DNA of 64,000 bases from Eledone cirrhosa. Its lineage: Eukaryota. The stretch is taken from assembly GCA_964016885.1 (NCBI GenBank), contig OZ024740.1:413540001-413604000 (forward strand). Direction: 5' to 3'. The notes beneath the pieces are model-generated. The model was given only the letters and a program-made list of their open reading frames with translations. It made no database searches and was not told the DNA's origin. The position numbers and the translations under genes were made by a program. Below, one piece after another: positions 11,911 to 25,103 of this stretch (position 1 is its first letter; every line of letters begins with the position of its first letter).

Positions 11911-14200
11911 GTCAGTTAGTCAGTATAGGCAGAACCGCATGTTTGACAACAACCAGAAGATGCTGTTTGGACAGCTTGAAGGGAAAGAAAGAGGCAACGA
12001 CATGATCCCTGAGGCGGAAGATACTAAGACATTCTGGAGAGGAATATGGGAGCAGGATGTTAAACATAATTACCAGGCAGTGTGGATTGAGACAGTACAC
12101 AAGGAGATTAGTGAACAGGCACACCAACAAACTGATTTAAGGAGCAGGCCAAAAAACTAACCAACTGGAAATCACCAGGCCCAGATGGTGTGCAGGGGTA
12201 TTGGATTAAAAATATAACATCTCTCCACCCGAAACTGACAACCATGTTCAATGACTGCTTGATGTCAGGTGAGGTACCAGAGTGGTTGACAGAAGGTACC
12301 ACAGTTCTGGTAATGAAAGACCGAATCAAGGGCAATGATGTTACCAACTATAGATCTATCACATGTCTGTCCGTAATGTGGAAACTGTTGACAAGCATTA
12401 TGTCTGAGGAAATCTACCATCACCTCCACACAAACAACTTGTTACCGGACGAACAGAAAGAATGCCGAAAGAAGTCCCGTGGTACAAAGGACCAGTTACT
12501 TATTGATAAGATAGTAATGAGGAATTGCAAGAGGAGACACACTGGTCTTGCCATGGGATGGATAGACGACAAAAGTCTGTCCCTTCTGTTGTTTGTCCTT
12601 GCCCTGATGGCCCTGACCATTATACTGCGAAAGGTGAGAGCAGGATACAAGTTGGGAAAGGGAGAGCTTACCATCAATCACCTCCTCTTCATGGACGATC
12701 TTAAGCTCTTCGGGAAGAGTGAGAAGGAGTTGGGTGTGCTTGTTGACACTGTCCGTATTTTCAGCAATTATATATGTATGCAATTTCGTATTAGTAAGTG
12801 TGGAGTCATTGTGATGAAGAGGGGTAAATTGAGCAGAAGCAACGGAATCCAGGTACCAAGAGGTGAGATGATAAAGGAAATTTACACTGAAGAGGTATAC
12901 AAGTATTTGGGTGTTCTGGAGGCTGATGACATCAAGAACAAAAAAATGAAGGAATTGATAAGAACTGAATACATTCGGAGAGTAAGGAGCGTATTAAAGT
13001 CACATCTGAACAGTAGGAATGCCATAAGTGCAGTAAATCCCCGAGCTCTGTCTATTATTAGGTACAGTGCGGGAATTCTGAGATGGAATGTTGCTGAACA
13101 AAAAGAAATGGATAGGAAGACTAGGAAGCTATTGACTATCTACAACATGTTCCACAAGGAGAGTGATGTCAATAGACTCTACTTAAGGAGATCTGAAGGT
13201 GGAAGAGATCTTATCAGCATAGAGGACTGTGTTCAGATGGAGAAAAACAATCTACTCAAATACGTGACTGATAGTAAGGAGCCAATGCTCAGAATTGTAC
13301 TGAAGGAGAGGACAATAGACCAGGGAATGTCCAAGGAGGAAATAACAACAAGGATAAAGAGCAGCCTTCATGAAAAATCCCTTCATAGTACCTTCTTTGA
13401 GAAAACTGAATTCAGAGATCCACAGACATGGAACTGGTTGAAAAGAGGCGACCTTAAAAAGGCTACATAAGGAATGCTAATGGCTGCGCAAGAGCAGGCC
13501 CTCAAAACAAAGTGGTTGAAACACCATATTTACAAGGAGGAGGCTAGCCCACTGTGCAGGATCTGTGGAGAGAGAGAGAGAGAGAAGACTGTGGCTCACA
13601 CTGTATCCGAGTGTAAACACCTAGCCCAGACTCACTATAAGGGCTGTAGACATGATGTGATGGGCAGGGTGATCCACTGGCACCTATGCAAAGTAAACAA
13701 TTTACCACATTCTGAGAAGTGGGATAAGCCAGAGTCGGTGATACAAAACGATCAGGTGAAGGTGCTGTGGGATTTTAGGATACAGACAAGAAACTGGAAC
13801 ACAATAGACCTGACCTGGTGGTTTTGGACAAGGAAAAAAGATCGTGCATGATTGTGGATGTGGCCTGCCCATTCGACAAGAGAGTGCAAGAGAAGGAGAG
13901 GGAGAAAATTAACCGATACCAGGATTTAAAGTGGGAGGTAAAAAGGATTTGGATCTGCCATGAAGTCAAAGTGGTCCCGATTGTCATAGCCACACTAGGT
14001 ACTATCTCAAAAAGTTTCCAGGGATCGTTAAAGAAAATTGGCCCCTTCATGCTTTTTGGAACGCTTCAAAAGGCATGCTTGCTGGGAACAGCAAGAACCC
14101 TCTGATAAGTCCTGAATATTTGAGGCTGCAGGTAATGGCTTGATATTCATTTCAACAAACTTTCCAGTTAACTAACATCAAGACTGAGACTCAAAGAACA
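11911..14200 (+). mobile_element. R4/Dong-like family A, 5'-truncated copy A3 with an internal deletion near 12570
   Basis: ORFs 11939-12160, 12190-13470, 13474-13851 and 13818-14105 match A2; GWID is joined to SLSLLLFVL; (TAA)n at 11868-11910 and 14200-14245. Confidence 0.93.
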
Positions 14201-14937
14201 ATAATAATAATAATAATAATATTAATAATAATAATGATAATAATAAATCGATTGATAGATTCATATATCCCTACATTCGGACATACATAGACGAAAAGAT
14301 ACGCAATGTATATTCAGGGGAATAAGCGTGTGGTTATGAAGATAATAATATTAATTCTCATGGTATTATGAGTTTGAAAGAATACCGTAAATAATTTAAT
14401 ATATGAAGCCTGAGAGATATTTCAAGTATTGCCATTTTAAATAGTTTTACTTCAGATATTATCTTGTTCTGTGTTAGCAACCAGTCTATGAAATACTATT
14501 AACACCTAACCGTGGTTGTTCATATAACAAGTACAGGACATACGGTCTCTATGAGATTAATTTTGATAGTGTTCAGTTTGACCTTCTTCACGTTTTTACT
14601 TGCTCTCAGTTACAGGAGAATAGACTGTTCGGAGAAGAGCAGGTGTTTGTTGTAGCCGAAGAAGGAGATAATATACGAAAAAAATAATTTTAACTTCTAG
14701 ATTTGCAGCATTTTTGTTAGTAACCCTTTGTTGAATTATTTTAATTGCAGACTATGATGGTTGAGGGAATAGCCACAACGTCTCATATGCGAGCAATACA
14801 GTCTTTTGTTTCAACAAATATTCTTAAAAATGTCTGACCCTAATCCTGACTGTAATCATTATGACTATATTTGGCAAGGTAAAATATGTGACGTGATTAT
14901 GAGACCTCGGTGATTCAGAGCATTTGCATGTATAATT

Positions 14938-15123
14938 AATTGTTTCTACTTTTGGCACAAGGCCACCATTTACCCAGTACATTACTAGTACTTTATTGTA
15001 TCGACCCCGTAAGGATGAAAGGCAAAGTTAACCTTAGAGGGATTTGAACTCAGATCATAAAGAGACGTAACCATGATGGAAAGCATGTCCGCCACTCTAC
15101 CGATACTGCCAATTCACCTCCCT
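14938..15123 (-). mobile_element. SINE family 1 with target-site duplication
   Basis: TSD catttgcatgtataatt at 14921 and 15124. Confidence 0.85.
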
Positions 15124-15139
15124 CATTTGCATGTATAAT

Positions 15140-15280
15140 TAATGGTTTCTGAATTTAGGCACAAGACCTCCAATTTTAGGGGAGGGGAAATCAATTAAAT
15201 CGACCCCATTGCATTACTGCTTCTTTATTGTATCCATCCCTTAAGGATTAAAGGGTAAGCTAACCTGGGCGGGATTTGAA
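15140..15280 (-). mobile_element. SINE family 1 variant, 5'-truncated
   Basis: Central domain plus variant 3' part, similar to 59326-59548. Confidence 0.65.
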
Positions 15281-15877
15281 AGGCAATAGATGAAATGTTC
15301 TCATTGGAGGATAATATATTATATTCTGATTTGTTTGTGTATTGTGTTGGTGAGAGATTTGAAGCAAAGAGGATTGTGATATCTGATCGCTTTATTAGAT
15401 GGGATACTAATTACAAAGCAACATGTTAGTGTTGATTGAAGGTAGGAAGATTCTGAAAATGTTATAGGAATTCCCTTGATAAGGGGCTGCTACAGAAGCG
15501 TGTGTGAAATGTCCATGTAGATTTTCTAGCAGCAGTTGAGAAATGTTTCACAAGCGTTGGAATGTTTCACAAGCTTTTACAAATTTGAATCTGTCATTAT
15601 TGCTTATGTGTAGAGAATATACCAGAGTCAGGATTCTTGGGTTTCCCTGTTGTTGTCTGATATGTGTTTAGATGTACTTGGCAAAGACATAGCGGGAGTT
15701 CAACCAATCAGTTAACGTGAAATATTACAAACCTTGAGAAGTTATGAGATGTTGTGGAAGAGGGAATATTGATTACTGTTGCACTGATTAATCAATCAAA
15801 TTATAAGGAGGATTATGAAATACAATATCATTTTTTTAAACATACGCACACAAACGATTACATACATACAGAGAGAC

Positions 15878-15941
<64 letters not shown>

Positions 15942-16168
15942 AAAGGAAAAGAAAATGCTGACAAATTTTTCCCAGTGAAAAAGAGTTTAATGAGGAATAA
16001 GTATAAATTAGTAATAAGTATTGGTTAGTATTCAGTTTTAGTTTTAAGTTTTTACCGGTTGCGCATTTCTAATGCTTTTCAAAAATAATTTTGAGATAGA
16101 GCGCTCGTGATGTTTGCTCTAATCTGTATACACACATGTATATATATATACATGTATACACACACACG

Positions 16169-16214
<46 letters not shown>

Positions 16215-16219
<5 letters not shown>

Positions 16220-16342
16220 CTCTTTTCCTATCACTTCAAGAGTTAAACCAATAACTTTTGTAATTCTTCTGTGTACCTTTCTTTGTTATTTCTGTTTACG
16301 TTTTACACACACACACACAGACACAAACACACACACACACAG

Positions 16343-16376
<34 letters not shown>

Positions 16377-16388
16377 ACACACACACAG

Positions 16389-16468
<80 letters not shown>

Positions 16469-16704
16469 ATGTGTGTGTGTGCGTGTGTGCGTGTGTATGT
16501 GTGTGTGTGTGTGTGTGTATGTGTGTGTGTGTGTGTGTGTGTTTGTGTGTATGTGTGTGTGTGTGTGTTTGTGTCTGTGTGTGTGTGTGTAAAACGTAAA
16601 CAGAAATAACAAAGAAAGGTACACAGAAGAATTACAAAATTTATTGGTTTAACTCTTGAAGTGATAGGAAAAGAGATTTAACGCTTCGGACACTAGTCCT
16701 CCAT
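16215..16704. repeat. Tail-to-tail inverted duplication of a family F2 element around (CA)n(TA)n(TG)n
   Basis: Unique arms 16215-16304 and 16590-16680 differ at one base seen; the microsatellite interruption cagacacaaacac is mirrored as gtgtttgtgtctg. Confidence 0.9.
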
Positions 16705-16759
16705 ACACACACACGCACGCACGCACATATACGCACATACACACATACGCACACACACT

Positions 16760-16854
<95 letters not shown>

Positions 16855-16903
16855 AAGTAATTAAGTCAAATATTTAAAATGTGGCTTCGTTTATTAAAGA
16901 TGT

Positions 16904-16958
16904 ACTGCTATATATAATTCGGTGACAGTCATCATTGGCTGTGACCTCCTCAGGCAGT
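16904..16958 (-). ncRNA. Type I hammerhead, one core change (GAAU)
   Basis: actgc-CTGAGGA-ggt.acag...ctgt.acc-GAAT-tatatat-A-gcagt. Confidence 0.6.
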
Positions 16959-17127
16959 CCGAATTGGTGTGGTAGAGACAGGTACACATGTTGTTAAAGT
17001 GTTTTACTCCGTCAATACTCCGATATGTCCAGCTCCTGGTTGTGTTGTTATTTCTCTGAGGAACTGGAATCGAGTGCATACCAATCTGCATACTGAGGTG
17101 CCGGTAAACACCCAACATATGCTCAGA

Positions 17128-17203
<76 letters not shown>

Positions 17204-18811
17204 ACATATACTAATACACTTTCAGCTTTTGTCAAAGAAGACCACTACAAAATAGAGTTGTCTCGTGTAATATGTATTTCCTGTCGATTACCCAGGAATA
17301 ATGTATAACATTTACTAAGACAACATTTATTGTGAAATATTAGATTGATAGAAATATTTCTGTCTGTTTTGTCCCGTCCTTGCTCTCTCGGCTTTGAAAC
17401 ATATTGCCTCATTGATTTATATGAGGATGAGTCAGACATGTATCCACTTTAAACTGTTGCATGTTACAGTAGTATTTAAATAATTGTTTTTTATAGGTTC
17501 CGAATAATATACCCAATTTAAATACTATTGTTCTTTCCCTTCACTGTTGTAAAACAAAATTTTATCATAATGATAGATTCAAATAATTATTCAAAGTGAT
17601 ATGATGAACATCCAAACACATATCAAAGAACAGATTTCAAACGATAGGCCTCACTTATTATATTTATCTTTACACTGTAGTGTGAACTTATTACTTAAAG
17701 ATGATTGAATTGCTTTAGCAAACATCACATAGATGTATTGCACAATACATTTTTGATACACTTGACGTAGACTGATGAATTGGAAAGTATGCCTTTACTT
17801 ATTGTGTGATTCATCGATCGAATTCTTTCATAAAGTAACAGTCTTTTATATGTTCCACTTACAAATAAAAGACAGGTTATTCTCGGAGATAACAAAAGGT
17901 TAACGTATTATATATGATTGATAATATCAAAGTAAAGAAATTTCTGTCCGCAAAATATTCGATATATCAAATGTTAAGAACATTATATGAGATGGTATGG
18001 AATAACTTCATTTATCTTGTATTTCAAAGTTCAATAAGAAGGTTACTTTTCTCTAATTCACATCAAATCAAGGTTACATTCGACATTATTCGAATTTTCA
18101 AACCATGGAAAAATGTTTGTCTCGCACCGTTCTTTCCTGACCTTAGGATGTTACAATATATGGTTGTATTATATTCTATAATATAATATTTCACATCCGT
18201 CACTTAAATATCTTCAAACAAAGATGGATTCGCCTTCACAAACTTGCACTTTGTCTCCTACTGTTTGCTTATTTAACTTCCTATAGTTTAAAAATCGTGC
18301 TGAGAGTTTTATTGTTAATTCTTTATTCTTGAATTCGGTTTGAACAAATAGTGCTAGAAGCTTTATTCAGCTTCAAAACTGCTCACCGTTAAGCTGCTTA
18401 AAACAAATAGGAAGTTGTGTATGATGAATATTCAAAAGAAAGAACTATCTCTAAAGCTGCTACATATTGGAAATTTCCAACTAATTCGTAATCACCACTT
18501 TTTTGTTGGTAATCGTTTCTTTGCCTCTTTTGTTTTCTTATGAATAACATTCTAGTGCCAAATTCATTTCGTCACTTCGTAAAAACTCATTTTTCGATTT
18601 GAAATCTATTTTACCTGCCTAATTAAAGCAGAAAATGATTCCTTTGGTTTTGGTTTAGCTAATTGCTCAGCGGTATATCACTTATGTTAGTTTTCGCATA
18701 TTTTCTTTCTATAGGAAACCCTATGCGACATTTCAACATAATAAATTAACATTGCACATCAGTTACCCCGAAATTAGCAAACGCTTTATTGTCTTATTAT
18801 TTATTAAACCT

Positions 18812-18957
18812 GGCGCATAGAGTTACGGCCCTTGCCATTCTGAGTTCAAATCCCGCCGAGGTTAACTTTGCCTTTCATCCTTACGGGGTCGATAAAATAA
18901 AGTACCAGTAATACACTGGGTAATTTCTGGCCTTGTGCCTAAAGTAGAAACAATTAT
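18812..18957 (+). mobile_element. SINE family 1, 5'-truncated
   Basis: Matches the 3' portion of 8789-8977. Confidence 0.85.
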
Positions 18958-20747
18958 TATTTGTTTTATTCAGGAAAGACAGTGTTTATCATTATTAACG
19001 CTAATAACGATTGTGTTTATCAACAGAACGATCACATTTACGTTTGCGAAAATTATCGCAAATTTGCGTCAGTATTTATAAAATACATAGTTTATAAAAT
19101 ATTTATTTTTATAATCTTTATTATTAACGATATTATAGAACAGTTATTTGAGAGTTTTCAGAACCCTTGACCTATTTTACATGTATATTAGAGTGTGTGT
19201 TGCTATGTATCAGAGAATGGTGTTATGGATAACAGAATATCAATGACACAATGCGCAATAACTTAGACGATATATTATAATTTCTTTAAAAACTGTTCGC
19301 AACAGATATGAAATCCAATATAAAATTCCAAACGTAATGTAAAATGTATATGAAATATACTGTAAAATATTAAATATTTTGCATGAATTCCTCTTGCGCC
19401 AATATAAGCATCAATATACTGAGGCACAAACGATTGTTTCTATAACAACATATTTTCTACGGGAAACATACTCTTTACGTGGCTTTCTATTCGATACACA
19501 GTCATATATAGTTACATTGATTTTTCGTTTCTATTTTCCCTAAATGACCGTATGAATAAGAGTCTCTTTCTTGGACACTGGTAAATTCTAAACCAAATTT
19601 GAAACTTATCTGATTAATCTCACCTAAATACGAATTAATAAGAATGATAAATAAATGTATACAATTATGTAGCTTTGGATTTATCAATAAAATAAAGTGA
19701 AGAATCGAGTCAATCACTATATTACCAATTTAAGAATCTTCGGTGAAGAATTCATGCTGACAACTATATGAATTGAATTATACCCAGTAATTGAAACTAC
19801 GAGAGGATACACATTTGTGATTCTCATCTGAGGTTTGATATTAGAGCGAATTATAGAATCCTCATATAGTAAATTCTCACGTTAAATGCTGCTAGATGAC
19901 GAATCAAACACGAATAATATAGTCTTCTTTACATCTGTATTTACTCAGTGAACTTTAAGTAACGCAGCCCTGTAGATGATGCAACAACAGTGCCTTGATA
20001 GCAATATGAAAACACCAGGCAATGTATTGATTCCGTAAATTCTACTGATTGACAAAATATTGCTTTCTTATTGAACAGGCACACAATCTCTATATTTAAG
20101 AGGGAAGGAAAGAAATCGAAAATATGCAAAATTCACATATATATTTCCTGAGTAGTGTTAGTGAAGTTGGTGTTAGCTATAATTATAGAATAATCATTAC
20201 AAGATTTTGCTTGATGTAATATAAATATAACTTCGTTGTCTTGAACACTGTATGTTTATTTTAATAACTATATTAGGAAGAATGCGACAATCAAGAATAG
20301 CGTTAATTTCCTTGTTAATTCAAGGCAAATATATTAAGATATTATTAGTCCCAGAAATTAATCGACTGGAAAGAAATGTCAAAGATTGGCCATAATAGTG
20401 AAAGTGATTAATGTATGTATATCAAAACAAATATTTGGAAATTTGACAGTTGAAGATTATCAAAACTATCAAAATTATAGTCGAAAGAAGAAATGTTTGA
20501 CTAATGATATTATATAGCGAGATATTTTCCTGGCACACCTACCAAAATCTCTCACTATCTTCGCTTTCACTTACAGCCTACAACTCATCCCATAATAATT
20601 CGCGTTTCAGAAACGATTTCTCATTAACAATTGAGGGAAATATGTTCAGTCTTTGAAAATTATACTACTACAAAATTAAGTGAAGTGTTACTTGAGACTA
20701 CATATATATATAGATAGAGTAATATACATTCAAATTAAAAGATATAT

Positions 20748-20803
<56 letters not shown>

Positions 20804-20927
20804 GTATATACTGAGAGAAATAGCCATATAGTTTTAGAGACACACATGGCATGTTGTATATATACATAAACTATATAATAGATAGGAAAATATACATACT
20901 TTAATGTGAAAACGGTACCGTTCATAG

Positions 20928-21186
20928 TTCTTCAGCAAGACACTTTATTTCACGTTGCTTCAGTTTACTCAGCTGTAGAAATGGGGTGTGACGTCATTGG
21001 TTCCAAGCTGTATCGGGTATAGCCTTTCCCTTGGACAACATCGGTGATGGGGAAAGAGAAGGGTGGTGAGCGTGGGTGACTGCTGGTCTTCCACAAACAA
21101 TCTTGCCTAGGCATGTGCCTCGGTGGGGAACTTTCCTAGGTGCAAATACTATGGCTTGTCGTGACAGAAGTGGGTCTTTAGCTTTA
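20928..21186 (+). mobile_element. SINE family 2 body
   Basis: gcaagacactttatttcacgttgct is shared with 61612-61638, which carries a tRNA-like head. Confidence 0.6.
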
Positions 21187-21200
21187 TATATATATATATA

Positions 21201-21447
21201 TAGGAACAGAGTCAGAACCCCGACGGCAGAGCTCAAGCCGTTTCGACAGCTATTTCTGGACTGTGAACGCTAAGTTACTTAACGTTCACTGAGTTAACGT
21301 GCACAGTCCAGAAATAGCTGTCGAAACGGCTTGAGCTCTGCCGTCGGGTTTATGACTCTTTTCCTATTACCCACTCTACTACCCAAAGTATCGAGTACTC
21401 TGGTGCGTTATGGTCCACCTGGTTCCTTACCATACTTCCTTCGTTAT
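21201..21447 (+). mobile_element. (TA)n-inserted fold-back element, family F3
   Basis: Inverted arms about 21201-21262 and 21303-21366, then a 3' tail shared with the 28280 and 55981 copies. Confidence 0.82.
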
Positions 21448-21498
21448 ATATATATACGTACAAAGAAATTGGTAGAATAAAATTATTATCTCATTAGA

Positions 21499-21618
21499 TG
21501 CCTTACAATTGTTTCAGCATTACTACAGATCACCGCACATTTAGTTAAAATTCAAGAAAATGGAATCAAAATTGTGTACATCATGTACAAAGAAGGAAGC
21601 AATACCTCGTCAGAAGCA
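21499..21618 (-). ncRNA. Type I hammerhead with long stem II
   Basis: tgctt-CTGACGA-ggtattgc...gtaatgct-GAA-acaattgt-A-aggca; palindromic stem III. Confidence 0.72.
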
Positions 21619-22049
21619 AAAATAAACCGAAAATAAAATATTAAAATGTCACAATACGCTAAAAGCTCTTGTCCTATACGTCAACGTGTAGGTCACTGGA
21701 TATTTGATTTCAATATCATTTGCTAAAGATTCGGATTTTATACTATGAAACAATATGCACGCTAGCTGATAAAGAAATATAATATTAAAGTAACTGTTTG
21801 GAAGATAAATGGAACTTAGCATTGATTATAAAAGTTATTTAATGATACAACATATATATTTGTATAGTGAAAACGTCAAGCTTACTATAGAAATGGCTTC
21901 TGCAAGAATCGAACTGTTTCCTTCGAAACAAATCATTTGCTTTGCTTCATGATTTATTTTGAATAAAATATTTCTAGTCCTGATGGAGCCATTTGTTTAT
22001 TAAACTTTATATATATACACACATACATACACACACAAACACACACACA

Positions 22050-22350
22050 CATTGGTACACTTTCATCAGTTAAAATACAAAGTTTGTTTTATAAATAGAG
22101 ACATACCCATGAAAATCATACCTTATCGGTTGTAAAATCACTGGATAGTATTTTATCTGATGAAAGCGTACCAACGTTGTCTTTTTTACAATTGAAATAT
22201 ACATAATAAAATAAATATGCTTTTATAAATATAGTTTCCGTTTATTTAATATCATTGAATATTTACTCCAGTAAACTGTTGAGTGCTCTAAATCAGTTAT
22301 AAACATTTATATTTGTCGAATTTCCAACAAATTAAATACCCGTGCTACTT
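22050..22350 (+). mobile_element. Family F1 element with a 5' inverted segment
   Basis: 22052-22078 is an inverted copy of 22148-22174; the 3' part is homologous to 10560-10705. Confidence 0.78.
22149..22213 (+). ncRNA. Type I hammerhead (F1)
   Basis: tattttat-CTGATGA...GAA-atatacat-A-ataaaata; perfect 8-bp stem I, decayed stem II. Confidence 0.65.
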
Positions 22351-22433
22351 ATATATATATATATATTTATTTATTTATTTATTTATTTATTTATATATAT
22401 GTATGTATATAAAAAAAATGTATATATATATGT

Positions 22434-22670
22434 AGAGGTAAACAGAAATAACACCACAATCGGTACAGTATATGGAAGGAATGTATTAGTTTATCCCTTG
22501 AAATAGCTAGAAGAGAGTCTTAACGTTTCTGACTCTAGACCTTCATCAGAAGAAGGAATACACTATACTTCAGTGTAGCTTGAAATCCGTGCTTCTGTCA
22601 TTTAACGTCCAGATGAAGTCCGCCAGTCTAGTGGTGTTCCTCTTGTTCCGGTCCTTGAAAGATGCATAGA
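22434..22670 (-). mobile_element. Penelope-like 3' end (family F2): GIY-YIG C-terminal fragment, minimal hammerhead and tail
   Basis: Minus strand 22668-22561 reads YASFKDRNKRNTTRLADFIWTLNDRSTDFKLH*SIV; the tail gtaaacagaaataac is shared with 16590-16610. Confidence 0.65.
22518..22553 (-). ncRNA. Minimal hammerhead (ACGU palindrome in place of stem III)
   Basis: tctt-CTGATGA-aggtctagagtca-GAA-ACGT-T-aaga; the sister copy at 16681-16700 has stem II ggac-tagt-gtcc. Confidence 0.55.
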
Positions 22671-22946
22671 CCCTTTCCCAGGTATGCACTACGAAACAGT
22701 ACATAATGTCTTACACACCGTAAAAGGCACGGGTAAGTAAACGCACACTTATAATATCACAATTTATGGGCACATATCCAACTTGTTTATAGATCCTTGC
22801 TTTCGGAATAAACCTGTCTCTGCACGGCTGTCTTATCTCTGCGGACAATATATTAACCATCTGCCGAATTCTATTTGAAAGATCCTAACTTTCACTACTT
22901 CTGTCGCATCTCCAACTGGTCCATCTGTATTATATGTTTGTAATAA

Positions 22947-23280
22947 AGGGTGGTCGGTGGATTGGTAGAGGGTCGGACGCCATGCTTTGACGCATAGAGT
23001 TACGGCCCTTGCCATTTTGAGTTCAAATCCCGCCGAGGTTAACTTTGCCTTTCATCCTTACGGGGTAGATAAAATAAAGTACCAGTAATGCACTGGTTAA
23101 TTGCTGGTCTTGTGCCAAAAGTAGAAACAATTATATGTTTGTAATAATGTATCTAATATGTTTGTAATAAAGGCGATTGGATTGGCAGTATCGGTAGAGG
23201 GTCGGACGCCATGCTTTCCAACAGAGTTACGTCTCTTTACTGTCTGAGTTCAAATCCCGCCGAGGTTAACTTTGCCTTCA
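22947..23280 (+). mobile_element. SINE family 1 (22947-23132) plus adjacent truncated copy (23170-23280)
   Basis: The flank atatgtttgtaataa occurs three times (about 22932, 23133, 23156). Confidence 0.85.
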
Positions 23281-23359
23281 CTATCCGGGAGCTTCCAACA
23301 GCAAAGGTTGCATTCTTTAAGGGTATGTCAATATTTATTTATAAAACTGATCTATATTA

Positions 23360-23424
23360 TATTTTATCTGATGAAAGCACACCAGAATTTAACTTGGTGT
23401 CCTTGAAATATGTATAATGAAATG
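23360..23424 (+). ncRNA. Type I hammerhead (F1), within element 23321-23466
   Basis: tattttat-CTGATGA-aag.acacca...tggtgt.ctt-GAA-atatgtat-A-atgaaatg. Confidence 0.75.
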
Positions 23425-23463
23425 AATATGGTTTTATAAATATAGTTTCCATTTGTTAATATC

Positions 23464-23517
<54 letters not shown>

Positions 23518-24338
23518 TTATTTATTAAAATAAAGTTACACTGGGAGATCCTAGCTAGGGCTAGATCATATAACGGAAATAAAAGACCATGTGACCTCTG
23601 CGCCGCTGAGGCCCTGGAAATACTCTACGCCACAGACAACATCTTAAACAAAAAATCTGAGGTAATTTCGGCTTGTAAACATAAATTGCACAAAACTTTC
23701 CTGTATTACAGCCCCACATTATACCCTAACGGATAGTACGATCTATACGTGGATATTTTACGTCTTGATGTGGTAGATAAGTATATGTTGTGTTTATACC
23801 ATTACTTATTTGCATAGGTAAGTATATATTACCTGTATGTTTCGTGAAGGTTCGTATACTTTCTCGTACGTATATTTGATTGTATATGTTATGGCGTATA
23901 TTTTTATATTTTCTGGTACATATGCTTTTGGTTATGTGTTTACGGGAGATTTGCGTCTGTGTGAGTATGCGGGTTCGTACGTATGTTGGGTGTTTGTATA
24001 TGTGTACTTCATGTTTTGATTGACGTTCGTCTCCGAACATTTGTGTATTTACATGTAGGTATGTGCGTGCGCTTGTTACATACGTATTTATTTATTTATA
24101 TACGTTTATGTAATTGCTTATTTATTTGTATACACGCACACACACACACACACAAACACAGATATTTATATGTGCGTGGTTTTGTATACCTATGGCGAGT
24201 GTTTTCGCGTATGCTTGTGTATGTACGTATTTGGATGCGTGTATGTATTTATTTAATTTCAATTACCTCTGTATTGTATTTTATTTACTTTATTCTTAAC
24301 TCTGAAGCAGAGAATCATTCGGTTTCCTAGTTAGAATT

Positions 24339-24610
24339 TTAGTCTACGACATCGGGCTATACCTTTTACGTGGTTTTGTCTTTGCGTGCAATTGTTCTCT
24401 ACGCTCCACATATGACGTATTATCTTCGTTTTTTCCGTTCATTGCCAGAGAACGTCTCTATGAACCACCTAAGAGAACATTAGTCTACGACTTCTTTTTA
24501 CCATAAACGTGGTTCTGTCTTTGCGTGTAATTGTTTTTCACCGCTCCTATTAATGACGTTTTATATTCGTTTTTTCCCGTTCTTTGCCAGCGAACGTTTC
24601 CACGAACCAA
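24339..24610 (+). repeat. Diverged tandem duplication, unit about 141 bp
   Basis: ttagtctacgac...acgtggtt.tgtctttgcgtg.aattgtt...ttgccag.gaacgt...gaacca occurs twice. Confidence 0.85.
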
Positions 24611-24689
24611 AGTATCGTCTTCCTGTCTTCCTCCGGTTGCAACGTTTTTTGAAATATCCACTTCTGCGTTTACAGATTGACTTTGTTAG

Positions 24690-24845
24690 TGTCAGAAGAT
24701 CCTGTTAAGGGTGAAAGCAGAGATTCCTTGCTTAAACTTTAATCTGTTATTTTAATAAATATTTGCTCTACGGTTCTTATATATTTGATATATATTTATC
24801 CTTATTGAGCCCTCTTTGGATTTTAGTCTTCAAATTTATTATTAT

Positions 24846-24850
<5 letters not shown>
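24690..24850 (+). mobile_element. 3' end of (TA)n-inserted family F4
   Basis: Shared with 44349-44485 and 62995-63022; decayed core cagaaga-tcct-gtta-aggg-t-gaaa. Confidence 0.6.
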
Positions 24851-24881
<31 letters not shown>

Positions 24882-25103
24882 ATACTAATAATAAGGGTTG
24901 ACGGATCCAGCATATTTATCAATGCCAGTATACACCTATATATACACACACAAATATATATACACATATATACACACACACACATATTTATATATATATA
25001 TAAGTATTGAAATTTCCGTTGAAACATAAAAGGTCATAGAAGTGAAGAGTGCTCTATGTAAGTACCAGAGCAAAATTTAATGTATAAAAATCAATACAAT
25101 ATA

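Noticed and set aside
14751-14878. Candidate exon (ttgcag...aag|gtaaaa)
   Set aside because: Stop codons occur in all three frames and no recognisable product results.
17766-17790. CTGATGA...GAAA motif
   Set aside because: No stem II or stem I pairing.
19945-20089. Minus-strand candidate exon with a polypyrimidine tract and one open frame
   Set aside because: No recognisable homology and a weak donor; it cannot be supported without RNA data.
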